A stretch of DNA of 63,436 bases, counting the filler, from Chiloscyllium plagiosum (Eukaryota), in the NCBI RefSeq assembly GCF_004010195.1. It is 4 parts of one record of this genome, joined end to end, with 100 filler letters (N's around TTAATTAATTAA, not from the genome) between each part and the next. Parts side by side here need not be neighbours in the genome. Positions count along the whole stretch, not along the records: positions 44,856 to 54,892 come from NC_057710.1; positions 54,993 to 63,436 come from NC_057710.1; 2 more parts are not named here. One strand, given 5' to 3'. Shown piece after piece: positions 50,701 through 63,436 of this stretch; within the stretch, counting starts at the first letter, position 1; the number at the start of each line of letters is the position of its first letter. Both the position numbers and the translations under genes were made by a program. The notes below the pieces were generated by a model. That model searched no databases. It had not been told where the DNA came from and saw nothing but the letters and a program-made list of their open reading frames with translations.

Positions 50701-53700
50701 TTTACTTCTGAGTGCCCATGATTCAGCTATAAGCTGTTTCTAACCAGCCTTGGGAAAGAATGCAATATATGGTTGGCGAGGTGGCTCAGTGTTGGTGCCA
50801 GGGAGACGTATTTGATTCCCACCTTGATGGGCCGAATGGCTTCCTCCTTCATTGTAGGGATTCTATTACTACATTGGCATAAAATAAGAATAATCATGTT
50901 CTTTTAAAGAACGTATATAATTGAAATTACATGGGGGAGAAACCTATGTGTTTTATGAACATGTCTCTTAAAATATAATAACAAGTAAATATCAAACTTG
51001 GATCTTTCTTTGCATAGCTGGTGTGCTGTTCATTCAGAAGTTGCACTTTGGCAAGTGGAGTTTGCCTATTTTATGGTACAATTTGACCTTTGCTACCTGG
51101 ATAGAAATCTGTTGGAGTGGCTAATCTTGTAATTTAGCCAACCCAATTTCCATTGTGGCCTTTACTCGCGCTCTTTTAATTGTTACGACTCGTCCTTCTT
51201 CGTAACAATAAAAAGCTGTTCAATAGTCAGAGTCCACTTTGATTTAAGTAAAAAACAAAGGAACTGCAGATGTTGGGTATGAAAAGTAAAAACAGAAACT
51301 GCTGGAAAAGCTCAGCAAGTCTGGCAGCATCTGTGGAGAGAAATCAGAGTTAATGTGTCGGGTCCAGTGACTCTTCCTCAAAACTGAGGAAGGTTCACCG
51401 AACTGCTCTGTTTTACATTAATTTAGAATCCAAAAAGTTATGTGCACATCTTAATTAATTTTGTAATTTTATTACCAGTGGAATGCTACTATGTAGACTA
51501 ACATCTGCAGTGTCAATATTTTGGTGTATTGTTATCTAATGGAGCATTTACGTCACGGTTGGGGTGTCTTTTTTTTTAAAGAGTACAGGTATACCACTGC
51601 ATGTGACCAAATTAAGAATGATATTTAAAAATCACATCCAATTCACATTGTTTTCAGTGCTAATAGTACTAAGTAATCAGTGCCTGGCCATTTCAAGTTT
51701 AATTGTCTGGTCAAAGAATTTTGTGAATTGGAATTCTGTTTTCAGCTACAGGCTCCAAGTTTAGCAGCTTTTAAATGCTTTTAGCAGTCTGTTAAATCGA
51801 AGGCTTTGTTGTGAAATTCTACAGACAGTTATTTTCAAAAATTTCTGAAACATTTTCTTGTGTTTGCCACCTCTGATGGACTTATTTGTCATTGTTTGGA
51901 ATATTGAAATGCTGGAACAAAGCAGAGTAAAACCCACCAAAACGACAATTACTTATGTGTGTATAAAGCAGTAAAGCATCCTAATGTGTTTCAAAAGTAA
52001 ATGATAAAACACAACACCCAGACTTATGAAACTTTAGGTCAGCTGGCTGAAATCTTGATCAGAGAGAGGAGGTTTTAGGAGTGTCAAGAAGATACTAGCA
52101 TAACTTGGTTATAAAGAATGTCAAAAGGGAAGGAAAGGATTACAGAGGAAATTCCAGAGTTTAGGTTTATACAGCTCAAAATAGGGTGCCTTTAGTGAAC
52201 TGAAAATGGCGTTGCTCAAGACGCCAAAAAAGGCAGTTCAGTTGTTGCCAGATCTATCCATCAGTATAAAAAGAGTTATGTCTAACCAATGTGTATTTTT
52301 TTATAGTGTTGCTGTCAACTTAGTCATATCTTAATTATCATTATCCGTTAGCCAGTAAAGCATTGAAATCTAAGCAAACACATCATTAGGCAATGCACTA
52401 GATGAAATACTATTTGGAAAGGGTGGAGTTCTCAAAGATTTTCTCTATGCAATTGGGTGACATTGGCACAATAAAGAAATTGCACACATAGTATATCATT
52501 GAAGTTTTTCTCTTACAAGAAAATTGTTCGTTTAGTTTGCTGCCCTCCTGGTGGAGCTATCTTATGTTGCCTAACAGTTGCAGGACTAATTAGATGGTAG
52601 CTAAGTGCTGCTAACAGAGATATAAAGTATTTGAGGGTTTTGCAGATAAATGGATAGTGGGGAGGGGGGAACGGGTTTGGAAAAGTGGCTTGCACTTTCC
52701 ACTCGAGCAGCCATCTGAAATTGCAGTGTCTTGTGTGCAGTGACAGTGTTCCTACTTCTGGGGCAGAAGATTTGGGTTTAAGGCGCATCTGATTTAAATA
52801 ATTAAGCAGACGTTAGGGCTTCTTCAGGAAAAAGATTGCCTCACAGTGTGATATGCAGTTAGTTAAGCACACTATTGTGATGGAACCTTGTAAGAGCAAG
52901 TAACTTGTATATTGCCTTATTTTCTGAATGCTTTTCAAAGTGATATTGACCCAAACTTAATGAGCCAGGAACTTCTCTATGACTTCATCAAAAACTTCAG
53001 AGTCAGTTCTTGATAGTATTAATGTTATGACGAAGTAATGGGAGCTTTCATATAAAATATTTAAACTTGCTTGCCCCTTTTCGTTTTGTACACTCAATAG
53101 ATGTGCACATTTATACCTACTTCAGACAGTATAGATAATAATACCTAATTAGGGATAGGTTTTTATATTTATCTCCACAAGAGTACATGAAATTAATCAG
53201 TCTAAAGTGGCCCACTTAAGTGGGCTTTAGTGGTGCAGTGATAGTGTGAGCTGGGAGCTTGGGTTCAAGTCCCACCTGCTTCAGAGAGATGTGATATCAT
53301 CTCTGAGAGGGTTGATTAGAAAGTACTTGCAATAGGTCAGTTTGGTTGGTAGTGGGAATTACTTCAAGCCATTTTTATATTGTTGGCTTAATGTAGTATA
53401 AATTTGGAATAGATTCAGGTTTTTGAAAGGCAATATTGGCCTAGATTTTGAGGTAAGCATAGCAGTAATGCCATCAGTACCCTGTTATGGAAATGAAAAT
53501 TGACCAAACATGTGCTATTAAACTGGTAAATCAGGGAGGCGTCCTCAAAATTGGTCTGCTTCTCAGATATTTCACAATAATAGTGTCCAACCAAGAGACT
53601 TGGCATTGGAATGTTTTGATATGTTTGTGTACCTCATTTGTATGCAGCCATTTTGCTCAGACATTATTGTAAAGTAAAATCAGAGCTATAATTATATATA

Positions 53701-54702
53701 AAATTAAACTCTTTAAGTGAGCAATTTTGTTTATTTTCTTGTGTCCAGATTGAAATGTCACCTCTCGGATCAACTATAATTAGTGTAACCAGGTAGATTC
53801 TGGAACAAAAATACATCGCAGATGGAGTTGGGCACCTCTGAAATAAATCTAAGGTCACTTTCAGAAGTGTTTTGTTATGATCTCGGCATGTTTCTGGCCA
53901 AGCTATGCTAGTGTAACAGTATGATATTATATTAGCATCTCTGCTGTCCTATGGCAGATTTCTGTTTGGTCTTAAGCTTACAGAGGTGCTCAGACACAGA
54001 ACTAGAATCAAGGGTAAAGTGAAGAAGAAACATGCCAACATTAATCATGGGACTTATAGATTTACTTTTGATTGAAAAGAATGTTTATTCGAATATCCTT
54101 GCCTTTGATACTTTTTAAAGAATATAAACAATATCTCATTCAAAAAAAAACTAACACAAAGTATGCCATGTTAGACAAAAATACCTACAAATTCTTGTGG
54201 CTCTGAATCATTTACAACTGTGTGCACTCAAGTGATTAATTGAGGAAAGAGTGTTGCAATTGACACCCATTTATCATTGAGCTGGGAATGTAGAGCAACT
54301 GGCACTCACTATCCAGAAATCTTTGCTGCAAAATGAAGATAGATGGATGACAAGTGATAATTGGTTGAACTTGGCTTTGATGTCATCAGGGTTAAATGAC
54401 ATGTTAACCCTGTCTATTTGGGTTTATCATGTGAAGACTAGTCACTTGGATAAGATGCTGCGGTGGTAAGCGCCCATGACATTGTACCTCAGTAAGGAGT
54501 GACCACCTTTAGGAATGAAGGGAAGAAAACTATGTCATTGAACAAGTGATAGAGCCATAAGACGGAACTAGTAAGAGTATTCAAAGATCTATCAGGCTCT
54601 AATCTTGCTAAAGAGGAGAAAGTGAGGACTGCAGATGCTGGAGATCAGAGCTGAAAATGTGTTGCTGGAAAAGCGCAGCAGGTCAGGCAGCATCCAAGGA
54701 GT

Positions 54703-54743
54703 AGGAGAATCGACGTTTCGGGCATAAGCCCTTCTTCAGGAAT
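54703..54743 (-). ncRNA. Minimal hammerhead ribozyme motif in Penelope pLTR
   Basis: Minus strand cCTGAAGA-agggc ttat gccc-GAAAcGTCgattc: CUGANGA, stem II, GAAA and GUC triplet. Confidence 0.7.
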
Positions 54744-54892
54744 GAGGAAAGTGTGTCCAGCAGGCTAAGATAAAAGGTAGGGAGGAGGGACTTGGGGGAG
54801 GGGCGTTGGAAATGCGATAGGTGGAAGGAGGTCAAGGTGAGGGTGATAGGCCGGAATGGGGTGGGGGCGGAGAGGTCAGGAAGAAGATTGCA

Positions 54893-54992
54893 NNNNNNNN
54901 NNNNNNNNNNNNNNNNNNNNNNNNNNNNNNNNNNNNTTAATTAATTAANNNNNNNNNNNNNNNNNNNNNNNNNNNNNNNNNNNNNNNNNNNN
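54893..54992. other. Artificial assembly linker/gap
   Basis: Same 44N-TTAATTAATTAA-44N structure. Confidence 0.98.
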
Positions 54993-55279
54993 TTGGATAT
55001 CCATGGTGAAGATGAGGCGTTGGGGGCCGGGGAAACGGAGGTCTTGGAGGAGGTGGAGGGCGTGGATGGTGTCTCGAACGTATGTGGGTGGGAGGGTTCA
55101 GGTCAGAAGATGCAGCACTTAGTGTAAAGGTAGATGCTATGAGCAGAGGGACTGTAGGGAAGTGTTGGCTAAAATGGCAAGGGGTTGGGACTCTAGGCAG
55201 AATGAAGTAACTCAGAGACCAGGACAAACGTCAGAAAAGAAAAAAATAAAATTGGGTGACAGAATCATATGCAAAAGAC

Positions 55280-58140
55280 AGGAATCAGGGCACTGTATCT
55301 GAATGCCCATAGTATTCGAAGCAAAGTCGATGAACTTGTTGTGCAAATCAGTATAAATTGTCCATAGTATTCAGGGATATGTAGATAGGTGCATTAGCCA
55401 GTGTAAATGTAGAGTCCCAGGACAGGGGAATGGTTCTGGGTGGGTTATTCTTTGGAGGGTTGGTATGGACTTGTTGGGCCAGATGGCCTGTTTCTCCACT
55501 GTAGGGATTCAATTTTCTAAATGTTGAATCCATTTGGGTGCAGATCAGATATAACAAAGTATAACTCATTGGTGGGAGTAGTCTATAGGCCACCCAATAA
55601 TAATGCTATAGTGGCACAGTCAATCAATCAATCTGACAAATGAAAGTATGGAATGGCAGTAGTCATGGGGGACTTTAACATGCACATTGATTGGCTGAAT
55701 CAATTCAGTAGAAGTGGCCTTGTTATTCAGTAGAAGTGGTTCATATAACTTGTCCATGATAACTTTCTTGAACAGCATGTTACCAAACCTACAAGGGAAC
55801 ATGCAATCTTAGATCTGATCCTGAATATAATTAATGATCTTGTAGTTAGGGATCCTCTCAGAAAGAGTGATCACTGTACGATTGAATTTCAGATACAAAT
55901 GAAAGGTGAAATAATATCATCTAAAACCTGGGTGTTGAACAAGGGAGACTAGAATGGAATAACGAAGGAGTTGGCTAAATTAGACTGGCAACACAAGTTA
56001 TATAGTGGAAGAGATGAGGAAGAGTGGTGGACTTTCAAAAAGATTTTTCACAGTGCTCAAGGCAAGGATATTTTGGTCAAAAACAAAAGTAGCAATGAAA
56101 GGAAGAGCCAGCCTTGGATAACCAAGGAAATAAAGGAAAATATCCAATTAAAAGCTTAGGCTTACAAAATAGCCAAGGGTAGTGGGAAACAGGAAGTTTG
56201 GGAAAACTTTAAAAAGCAACAAAGAACCATGGAACATGCAATAAAGAAAGGAAAGATAAATCATGAATGCAAACTAGCACAGAATAAAGAAACAGGTTGG
56301 AAAGGTTTTTATAAATATATAAATCAGAAAAGGGTGGCTAAAGTGAATGTAGGTGCCTTGCAGGATGAGAAAGGGGAATTAATGTTGGGTAATGCTGAAA
56401 TGTCTGAGGCTTTGAATAACTATTTTTGTCAGTCTTCACAGTGGAAGATGTGTCTAACATTCCAAACAATGATATTAAGAATATGATAGGAGGTGAGGAC
56501 CTCAATTCAATTGTTATCTCTAAAAGGGTAGTGTTGAGCGAACTTGAGGGTCTAAAGGTAGACAATTCCCTGGTTTTGATGGAATGCATCCCAGGCTGCT
56601 GAAAGAAATGGTGGAAGTTATAATAGATGCGTTAGTGGTAACTTACCAAAATTCACTTGACTCCAGGGAGGTCCTGGCAGACTAGAAGACAGTGAACGTC
56701 ACGCCACTGTTTAAAAAATGGTGTAGGCAAAAGGCAGGTAACTATAGGCCAGTTAGTTAACATCTGTAGTCAGAAAAATGCTGGAGGCTATCATTAAAGA
56801 AGAAATAATGAGAGAGCTGGATGGAAAGGGTTCCATCAAACAGAAGCAGCATGGATTCAGGAAGGAAAGGTCATGTTTAACAAACCTACTGGAGTTCTTT
56901 GAAGATGTAACAAGCGCGGTGAATGGAGCGGAACAGCTGGCTGTTGTATACTTGGATTTCCAGAAGGCATTCGATAAGGTGCCGCATAAAAGACTCATCC
57001 ATAAGATAAGAATGCATGGAGTTGTGGGGAATGTACTAGCATGGATAGAGGACTGGTTAACCAATAGAAGGCAGAGAGTTGGGATAAATGGGTGATTCTC
57101 TGGTTAGAGAGCAGTGGTGAGTGGGGTACTGCAGGGGTCAGTGTTGGGCCCACCACTGTTCATGATATATGTAAATGATATGGAAAAGGAGACCGAGTGT
57201 AATGTATCCAAGTTTGTTGATGACACTAAATTGAGTGGAAGGCAAACTGTGCAGAGGATGTGGAGGGTCTGCAGACAGATTTAGATAGGTTAAGTGGGTG
57301 GGCAAGGGTCTGGCAGATGGTGTAAAATGGTGGTAAATGTGAGGTTATCTACTTTGGAAGTAAAAATAATTTTAAGTCAGAGTATTATTTAAATGGTGAA
57401 AGATTGCAGCATGCTGTTGTGCAGAGGGACTTAGGAGTGCTAGTACATGAATCACTAAAAGTTGATTTGCAGGTGCAAAAGGTAATCATGAAGGCAATTG
57501 GAATATTGACTTTCATTGCTGGAGGATTGAATGTAAGAGCAGGAAGGCTCTGCTGCAATTGTACAACGTGTTGGTGAGGCCACACCTGGAGTATTGTGCA
57601 CAGTTCTGGTCTCCTAACTTTGAAGATGGATATACTGGCTTTGGAGGCAGTGTAGACAAGGTTGACCAGGTTGATTCCGGAGATGAGGGAGTTACCCTAT
57701 GAGGAGAGGTTGAGCCTCCTGGGGCTGTACTCGCTAGAATTTAGAAGATTGAGAGGGGATCTTATCGAAACATAGAAGAATATGAAAGGAATAGATAAGA
57801 TAGAGGCAGGCAAGTTGTTTCCACTGGTGGGTGAGACTAGGGTTAGGAGACTTGGCCTCAAGATTAGGGAGAGTAGATTTAGGACAGAGATGAGGAGAAA
57901 CTGCTTTTCCTAAAGTAGTGAATCTATGGAATTCTCTGCCCAAGGAAGCAGTTGAGGCAGCTTCATTAAATATATTCAAGACACAGTTGGATGGGGTTTT
58001 GCTTGGTAGGGGAATTAAGGGTTATGTGGATAATGCAGGTACGAGGAGCTGAGACGATGGGTAAGTCAGCCATGATCTTAATGGATGGTGGAGCAGACTT
58101 GACAGGCCAATGGCCTATTCCTCCTTCTATTACTATGCAA
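55280..58140 (+). mobile_element. CR1 LINE ORF2, nearly complete but disrupted (APE + RT), SINE fragment inserted about 55350-55515
   Basis: LYLNAHSIRSKVDEL; QHGFRKERSCLTNLLEFFEDVT...YLDFQKAFDKVPHKRL; GVLQGSVLGP; SKFVDDTKL; CR1 3' tail. Confidence 0.93.
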
Positions 58141-58229
58141 CTATGACTATCCACCCAAAGGTGGAACTGCATCACTTGTGACTGTGCCATCTTTGAAACT
58201 CTGCAGTCCACCTGGACAGGTGCTGGCAT

Positions 58230-59350
58230 GTTGATGCTGCCCTGCTCATTGTAGGACATGTTGACAAAATGCCAGAGAAGGAGAAGATGGCACTTCCATG
58301 AACCAACTGGACCTGGAGCTCCTGGTGAATGGAGCTGGTGCAGAGGAGGCCACACGATCAGACGTTGCCAGCCTGCTCTGAGGTTGCTACCCAGTGAAGT
58401 GCTGTACCAAGTATGTGGAGCAACAGCCAGCAGTACCAAAAGAAAGGTCAATGGCTTTCTCTGCTCAGCCTGAGTAAGTGTCACGTTCTTTTCTCTGCCT
58501 CCTCAGAAGTACTCTATCCCAGTCCCTCCCACCAAGACACATGCTTTACCACTCTCACTTTTGCCTGCAACATGCTCCCTCCCTCATTGATCTACCCTTG
58601 GCCTCCGACATCACTAATCCTGCATGCCTCAGGTACATTTCCCCACATGTCTTCCACTTGCATTCCCCCTTTTTACTCATTACAGGAGAACATAGAACAT
58701 AGAACATTTCAGCACAGTACAGGCCCTTCAGCCCTCGATGTTACGCCGACCAGTCATACCAATCTGAAGACAGGCCATGACAGGGCAACAAGAGGCTGAC
58801 GGGTGGAGAGGGGCCACTATGCCAGGTTCCATACCCCCTGAAGGAACAGAGCTTTGGTCATTGAGGAGAAACCAGATACCACTCTTGCAGGAACTACCAC
58901 TCTGCATGCCACTGCGTCTCTCCCATTAACCCTGGTATAACCTCCAATTATTGGCCCCATCTCTCTTTTGTCTTGCAGGATCTGGCAAGTCTACCCTCAG
59001 CCTTTGTGTTGAAATGCCCATCTCTATCAGGAGCACCATCCTTGAACTCTGAGGATAGATGTACAGCAGCATTAGAGGAGGCTTCATCAAGACAGCCTCC
59101 TACACACCCCAGAACCTCAGATGCTAACACCTTACTGGGAACCATCGTGATAGAGGATGAATGTACATAATCTGGTGAGCACCTCACTGTATCTGCTCTA
59201 TGGACAACGGCCTTGGAAGAATGGCCCAGACTCTTAATGAATGCTAGAGACCAGGCAGCGACCCGGCCCAGGGAGAAGAGGTGTTGACAATCAGGGACTT
59301 TTTCCAAATGCACAGTGAGAAAGTGATGTTTCAGACGGGCATATGGACAA
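58230..59350 (+). mobile_element. Degenerate Harbinger-like Myb/SANT gene fragment, with a tiny CR1 tail at 58688-58770
   Basis: EVATQ..SAVPSMWSNSQQ..KKVNGFLCSA|gtaag resembles the 42690 fragment. Confidence 0.45.
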
Positions 59351-59369
59351 GGATCGCCAGTGTATTACA

Positions 59370-59835
59370 GCAGAACGAAGGCATTTGGCATATAATGCCT
59401 GTACCAGCTCATTCAATGAGCATCAATACCTAGTGCCAGTCGTCTGCTTTCTCTCCATACTCTTGCACATATTTTTGTCCAAATAACCATCCAACCTCAA
59501 GAATACCTCAACCGAACCTGCTGTCACCATATTTACAGGAAGTACATTCCATACCCAAACTACTCAGAGTGAAAATGGATCCCCTCACGTGATTCTTGCT
59601 TCTTTGGCAGATCACTTTAAATCTATGCTCCATTGTTCTTGTTCATTTTAAAAGCAGGATCAGATTCTCCCTACCTTCACTACATAGCCTGCACAGAACT
59701 ATGAAAATATCCAACAGATCTCAGCTTAGCCTTCTCTCCAAGGAGTACAGTCTCACCTTCGTCAATCAATCAATCAAACCTCATGCCCGAAGTTTTGTAT
59801 CCCTGGGACCATTCTTGTAAATGGCTTCTGCACTC
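59370..59835 (-). mobile_element. CR1/L2-like LINE 3' fragment
   Basis: acattccatacccaaactactc, cttagccttctctccaaggag, atccctgggaccattcttgtaaa motifs. Confidence 0.55.
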
Positions 59836-60829
59836 TCTCCAATTCCTGCAGCATCCGCCCAAGCTCCAAGACGAAGGTACTGAGGTTCAGTGTGGCAGCC
59901 GCAACCTCTCACAGATACCGATGCTGTTTCTTGCTCTGTGCTGAAGTTTAGTCGCAGGCAACCTGGGGGTGGTTTGGACCAAGCAATGAGCTGGGTTTGC
60001 CAGGAGGTAGCTGCTCGGGTTTCCATGATGTCAAAATTATTTGGCAAGTTTGGTAAGATGCGAAAGTGAATATTAATGAGCCGAGTTGTAGTATTGAAAA
60101 AAAGATGTTTAGTAAGTTATAATGAGTGTAAATTGGGCCATGCCACACTGCTTGAGAATAGCATAAGAAATAGAGTGCAATGATCTCAATGTTGAGACTT
60201 CCCGTCCAATTCTGCCAGACAGCCCACGTCACTCAGCCCCCTAAAAAGAGTCTGCCCTCTGAGTTTCTGTCTTTCATTCTGACAATATCTTATTCCCTAT
60301 TAAGAAACAGTTTGAATTAACTATTTCTATAGGCTTAAGTGAGCTTTTTCACTCCACATCTATGATTGTGGAGCCTAAGGCAAATGCGTACTTCTATATA
60401 CTCAGCCCCAGTTTATTATGTGAATTTATTATTTATTATGTGAATAAATTACATGTTCTTTTTGATGCAAAGCAGTTGGCAATCAATGTTACATCTTCTT
60501 TTCATTATACTGCTGCAACTCCATTTACCTAAATATTCCAGGCTACTAAAGCAATTCTAGCAGAATATTGGGCATCTTATTCTTCATATATAGTTGCAAT
60601 TGTAGCAATTAATAAACTGAAGCCTAATAAAAATATCTGGTTCTTGTTTATAACGTCTGAGAATTTTTAGGAAGGCAACCAATGTGGGCATTGGTGACAT
60701 TTGTGGCAGAATCATGCAAGATGCCTGGGGAGGCCCATCTTCATGTTCAGAGTGACTCTCTGCATCTTTTCTGCTGGGTGGTGTCGTGAGTTTCTCACTA
60801 GACAGAAGGGAGTTGCCAAAGAAAGGCAA

Positions 60830-61200
60830 TTATAGCTTGTCAAATGCCTTGTCAATGACACAACTCACATCATTAATATGCAGCTTTTTATTTGACCAAA
60901 CATGCTGAAAAAGCGAGACATTTAGAATTCTCGACATGGAAATCAGAGCGGGGACATGGAGACTTCAACTCAGTTGCAAACAGCCTCCATGTTGTTCAGC
61001 ATCAAACAGTACCTTGGGGTGTGATCATGGGCAGCCGTCCTTTACCCACAGCCATTGGCATCTGATAGTTGCTGATGCCTCATGACTCTCATAGCATCTC
61101 TCCACTTCACTTGCAGGATGTTGAGGAAGCACCGAATTGCATCACAGGCTGCACCAGCAGTTGTATTGAAAGGTTGATGCAAGGTCACTTTGCATACAGA
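60830..61200 (-). mobile_element. Possible Harbinger (HARBI1-like) transposase relic
   Basis: Minus-strand ACDAIRCFLNI and FPC remnants only; heavily decayed. Confidence 0.3.
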
Positions 61201-62747
61201 GGCTGCATCTCAGGCTGATTGATTGCTCTCTTGCCATTTGCTTTTCGAGCATGGTTGCAGTAACATGGTCATGCCTTGCCTGTTAGCTTCAGCCAGAGCC
61301 AACAGTTATCAATGCTGTGTATTAATGTGTTTTTTTTTTGTGCAGACACACAGATAGGCTACTGTTAGTGGGGAATCCTCTGGGGTACAGGTCATTGTTT
61401 TCAGTATGACACACTGAAACATCAATCTCACATTGACAGTTAGTCAGGCTGCCTGCTCAGCAAACACACTGCATTTTCATTCCATCAAGTGGCCAGGTCA
61501 GAAAGTGAGTGTGTGTTACTTCTCCATCCAGTCAAGCTGGGGGCTGCTGTCTGTTGCGGAGTGCACATACTGACACTAATGGACACAGTCCATGGGATTG
61601 ACCACAATCAGATATCTGTTCAGGCTGCAAATTGACAGGGGTATATCTGACTACAGTCTGGGGCTGGTCATCAGTCTGTCCTGTAGTGTCAGCACCAGCA
61701 GTCAGGGGAATCATATATCATCAGCCAGAGATACAAGTGCAGTGGTCAGGGGTCTAGTCAGTCATGTCTAGGTGCTTCTTGTTGAAGTTGTTCAGAGTTC
61801 TGAATGATACAGTTGTGAGGGTCTGTCCATTGTGGGCGTGTGAGGTGGGGTATGTGGCTGTAGAGGCAATGAGATGATAATTGCCAGAAGGGGTGGGGGA
61901 TGGACTTAAAGCAGGTGGGAGTAAAGCATTGGCACATGTAGAAGTGTGGACAAAGATGGTAATGGGGTTGGGGAAATAATCATGGTAAATGAGGGTGTGT
62001 GACTGCATTGAAGGGAAGGGAGGTTATTGGCAGTGACCACCTCCATAACCTCCACAGGGGGAGAGCAGGGGAGCGGAAGAGGGAGAGGGAGGTGCATTTC
62101 TAAGGTGTGGGTTCAGGCTGTAAATGGGCAGTCAGGGATAAAAGGGATATGGTGGCTCTAAAGGGGGGGGGGGGGGGGGGGGAGGGATACCTGGTGACAG
62201 GGAAGGGCCCAGTGCTGACAATGCTATCACTTGCTGTTCTATAGATGCTAAATACAACTGGAAAATTGCTGGATCAGCACCTGAAGTCAGTGCCAATTTG
62301 ATGGGTGGAAGCATGAGATCGCATATCGGCTGGACACTAGGACACTTAGTGGCAAATAAATGCTACATTTTATTTCCAATTTTTTTGTGGCCACTTGTAA
62401 TACATGCAAAGCCAACATGCTTAGAGCTCAAATGGTGGTCAAAGGTGATTTACACCATGTCACTGTTACTTCAGTGATGCAAAAGTTCGTGGCAATGACT
62501 TAAGAAGTCACTTGTGGGAGGGGGGGGGGAATCATTGTTGCATCATATGGATGACAATGGATTTTAATGAGTTTGATGAAAAGTGGAATGGTTGATATGG
62601 GAAAGAGGGTCAGAATGTAGCAGGCAGTCCCTTCTTGAGGTAACACGTTGGTGACTCAGCTGTCATGCCATTGACACCCAGTTGGGAGCTATGCTTCAAT
62701 TTGGGCGGTTGTACAGCAGATGATGTGACTGCAGAAGATGCTGTTCT

Positions 62748-63436
62748 GGGGGATCCAAGATGGCGGCGACCCAGCAAGACTGAGTCTATAGTGCTCCTCC
62801 CAAGACTTGGGTACAGTGGGTCACCCACCCCCTACCACGCTCACCAAATCATTTATAATAGTTGTGTAATTTAATTAGTTGTGTAATATTACATTTAAAC
62901 AATTTAATCCTAAGTTAAAATGACTAAAGGGAAGGGAGCCCGCAGCTCTCAGTAAGCAGGAACCCCTCTCCCACCCTCTCCAGCTGCAGCAGAGGCATCC
63001 ACAGCCGCCCCGGGGGACTTACCTACAGTGACAAGCCTTATGGAGATGATCTCCAAGCTGGATTCGAAGATCGATGCCTTTATTGCAGAATCCAGAAATC
63101 GTTGGGACTCGCTCTCGGCCGTGCTGCAGAAGCACGATCGAGAAATCCAAGAAATTGAACGCCAAGTCGGAGGGTGGAGTTAAAGGCCGCGACCTCCGAA
63201 AATACCGCTCAATCGGCCGTGGATCAGGTCCGGACTCTCGAGCAGCGAGTCCGGACCTTGGAAAATCATATTGACGACCTCGATAATCGAGGTCATCGAA
63301 AAAATATTCGTTTGCTGGGCCTTCCCGAACGGGAAGAGGAAGGCCAGCTTACAGCATTCCTGGAGCAGTGGCTGCCACAACTTTTAAATCTGCAAGCTGG
63401 ATCAGGCCAGGTAAGGATGGAATGGGCCTACCGGGT
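62748..63436 (+). mobile_element. L1-clade LINE 5' UTR and ORF1 (runs off window end)
   Basis: Starts gggggatccAAGATGGCGG; ATG at 62920; coiled coil then LENHIDDLDNRGHRKNIRLLGLPEREE; premature TAA at 62953 and a frameshift near 63173. Confidence 0.88.

Larger units (their letters stand above)
54615..55090 (-). mobile_element. Penelope-like element (Neptune-type) spanning the third gap
   Basis: pLTR before the gap (reverse of 18170-18446); after the gap minus strand reads PTYVRDTIHALHLLQDLRFPGPQRLIFTMDI (RT). Confidence 0.85.

Noticed and set aside
57966..58484. 172-aa minus-strand ORF
   Set aside because: Antisense across the CR1 tail and Harbinger-like relic; no domain.

Overview
Repeat-rich vertebrate DNA, almost certainly shark (HE1-type SINEs with (TAATC)n tails, many CR1 LINEs, Penelope-like elements). 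It is four assembly segments (1-17857, 17958-44755, 44856-54892, 54993-63436) joined by artificial 100-bp linkers (44N-TTAATTAATTAA-44N). Only three host exons are recognisable: one AFAP1 exon on + (5555-5642) and two consecutive SORCS2 VPS10-domain exons on - (25619-25798, 20331-20477). This matches the convergent AFAP1/SORCS2 pair in human, but the many exons expected between them are absent. The rest is intron filled with CR1, RTE, L1/Tx1, Penelope-like (with hammerhead motifs), Gypsy, Harbinger-like and SINE relics. The most striking structure is 38757-40514: four head-to-tail, variably 5'-truncated Tx1-clade LINE 3' ends, each bounded by the same (T)AACTGACTAA(C) motif, which looks like repeated site-specific insertion at one target. 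Family names are from recognition of motifs, not database searches, and repeat boundaries are approximate.
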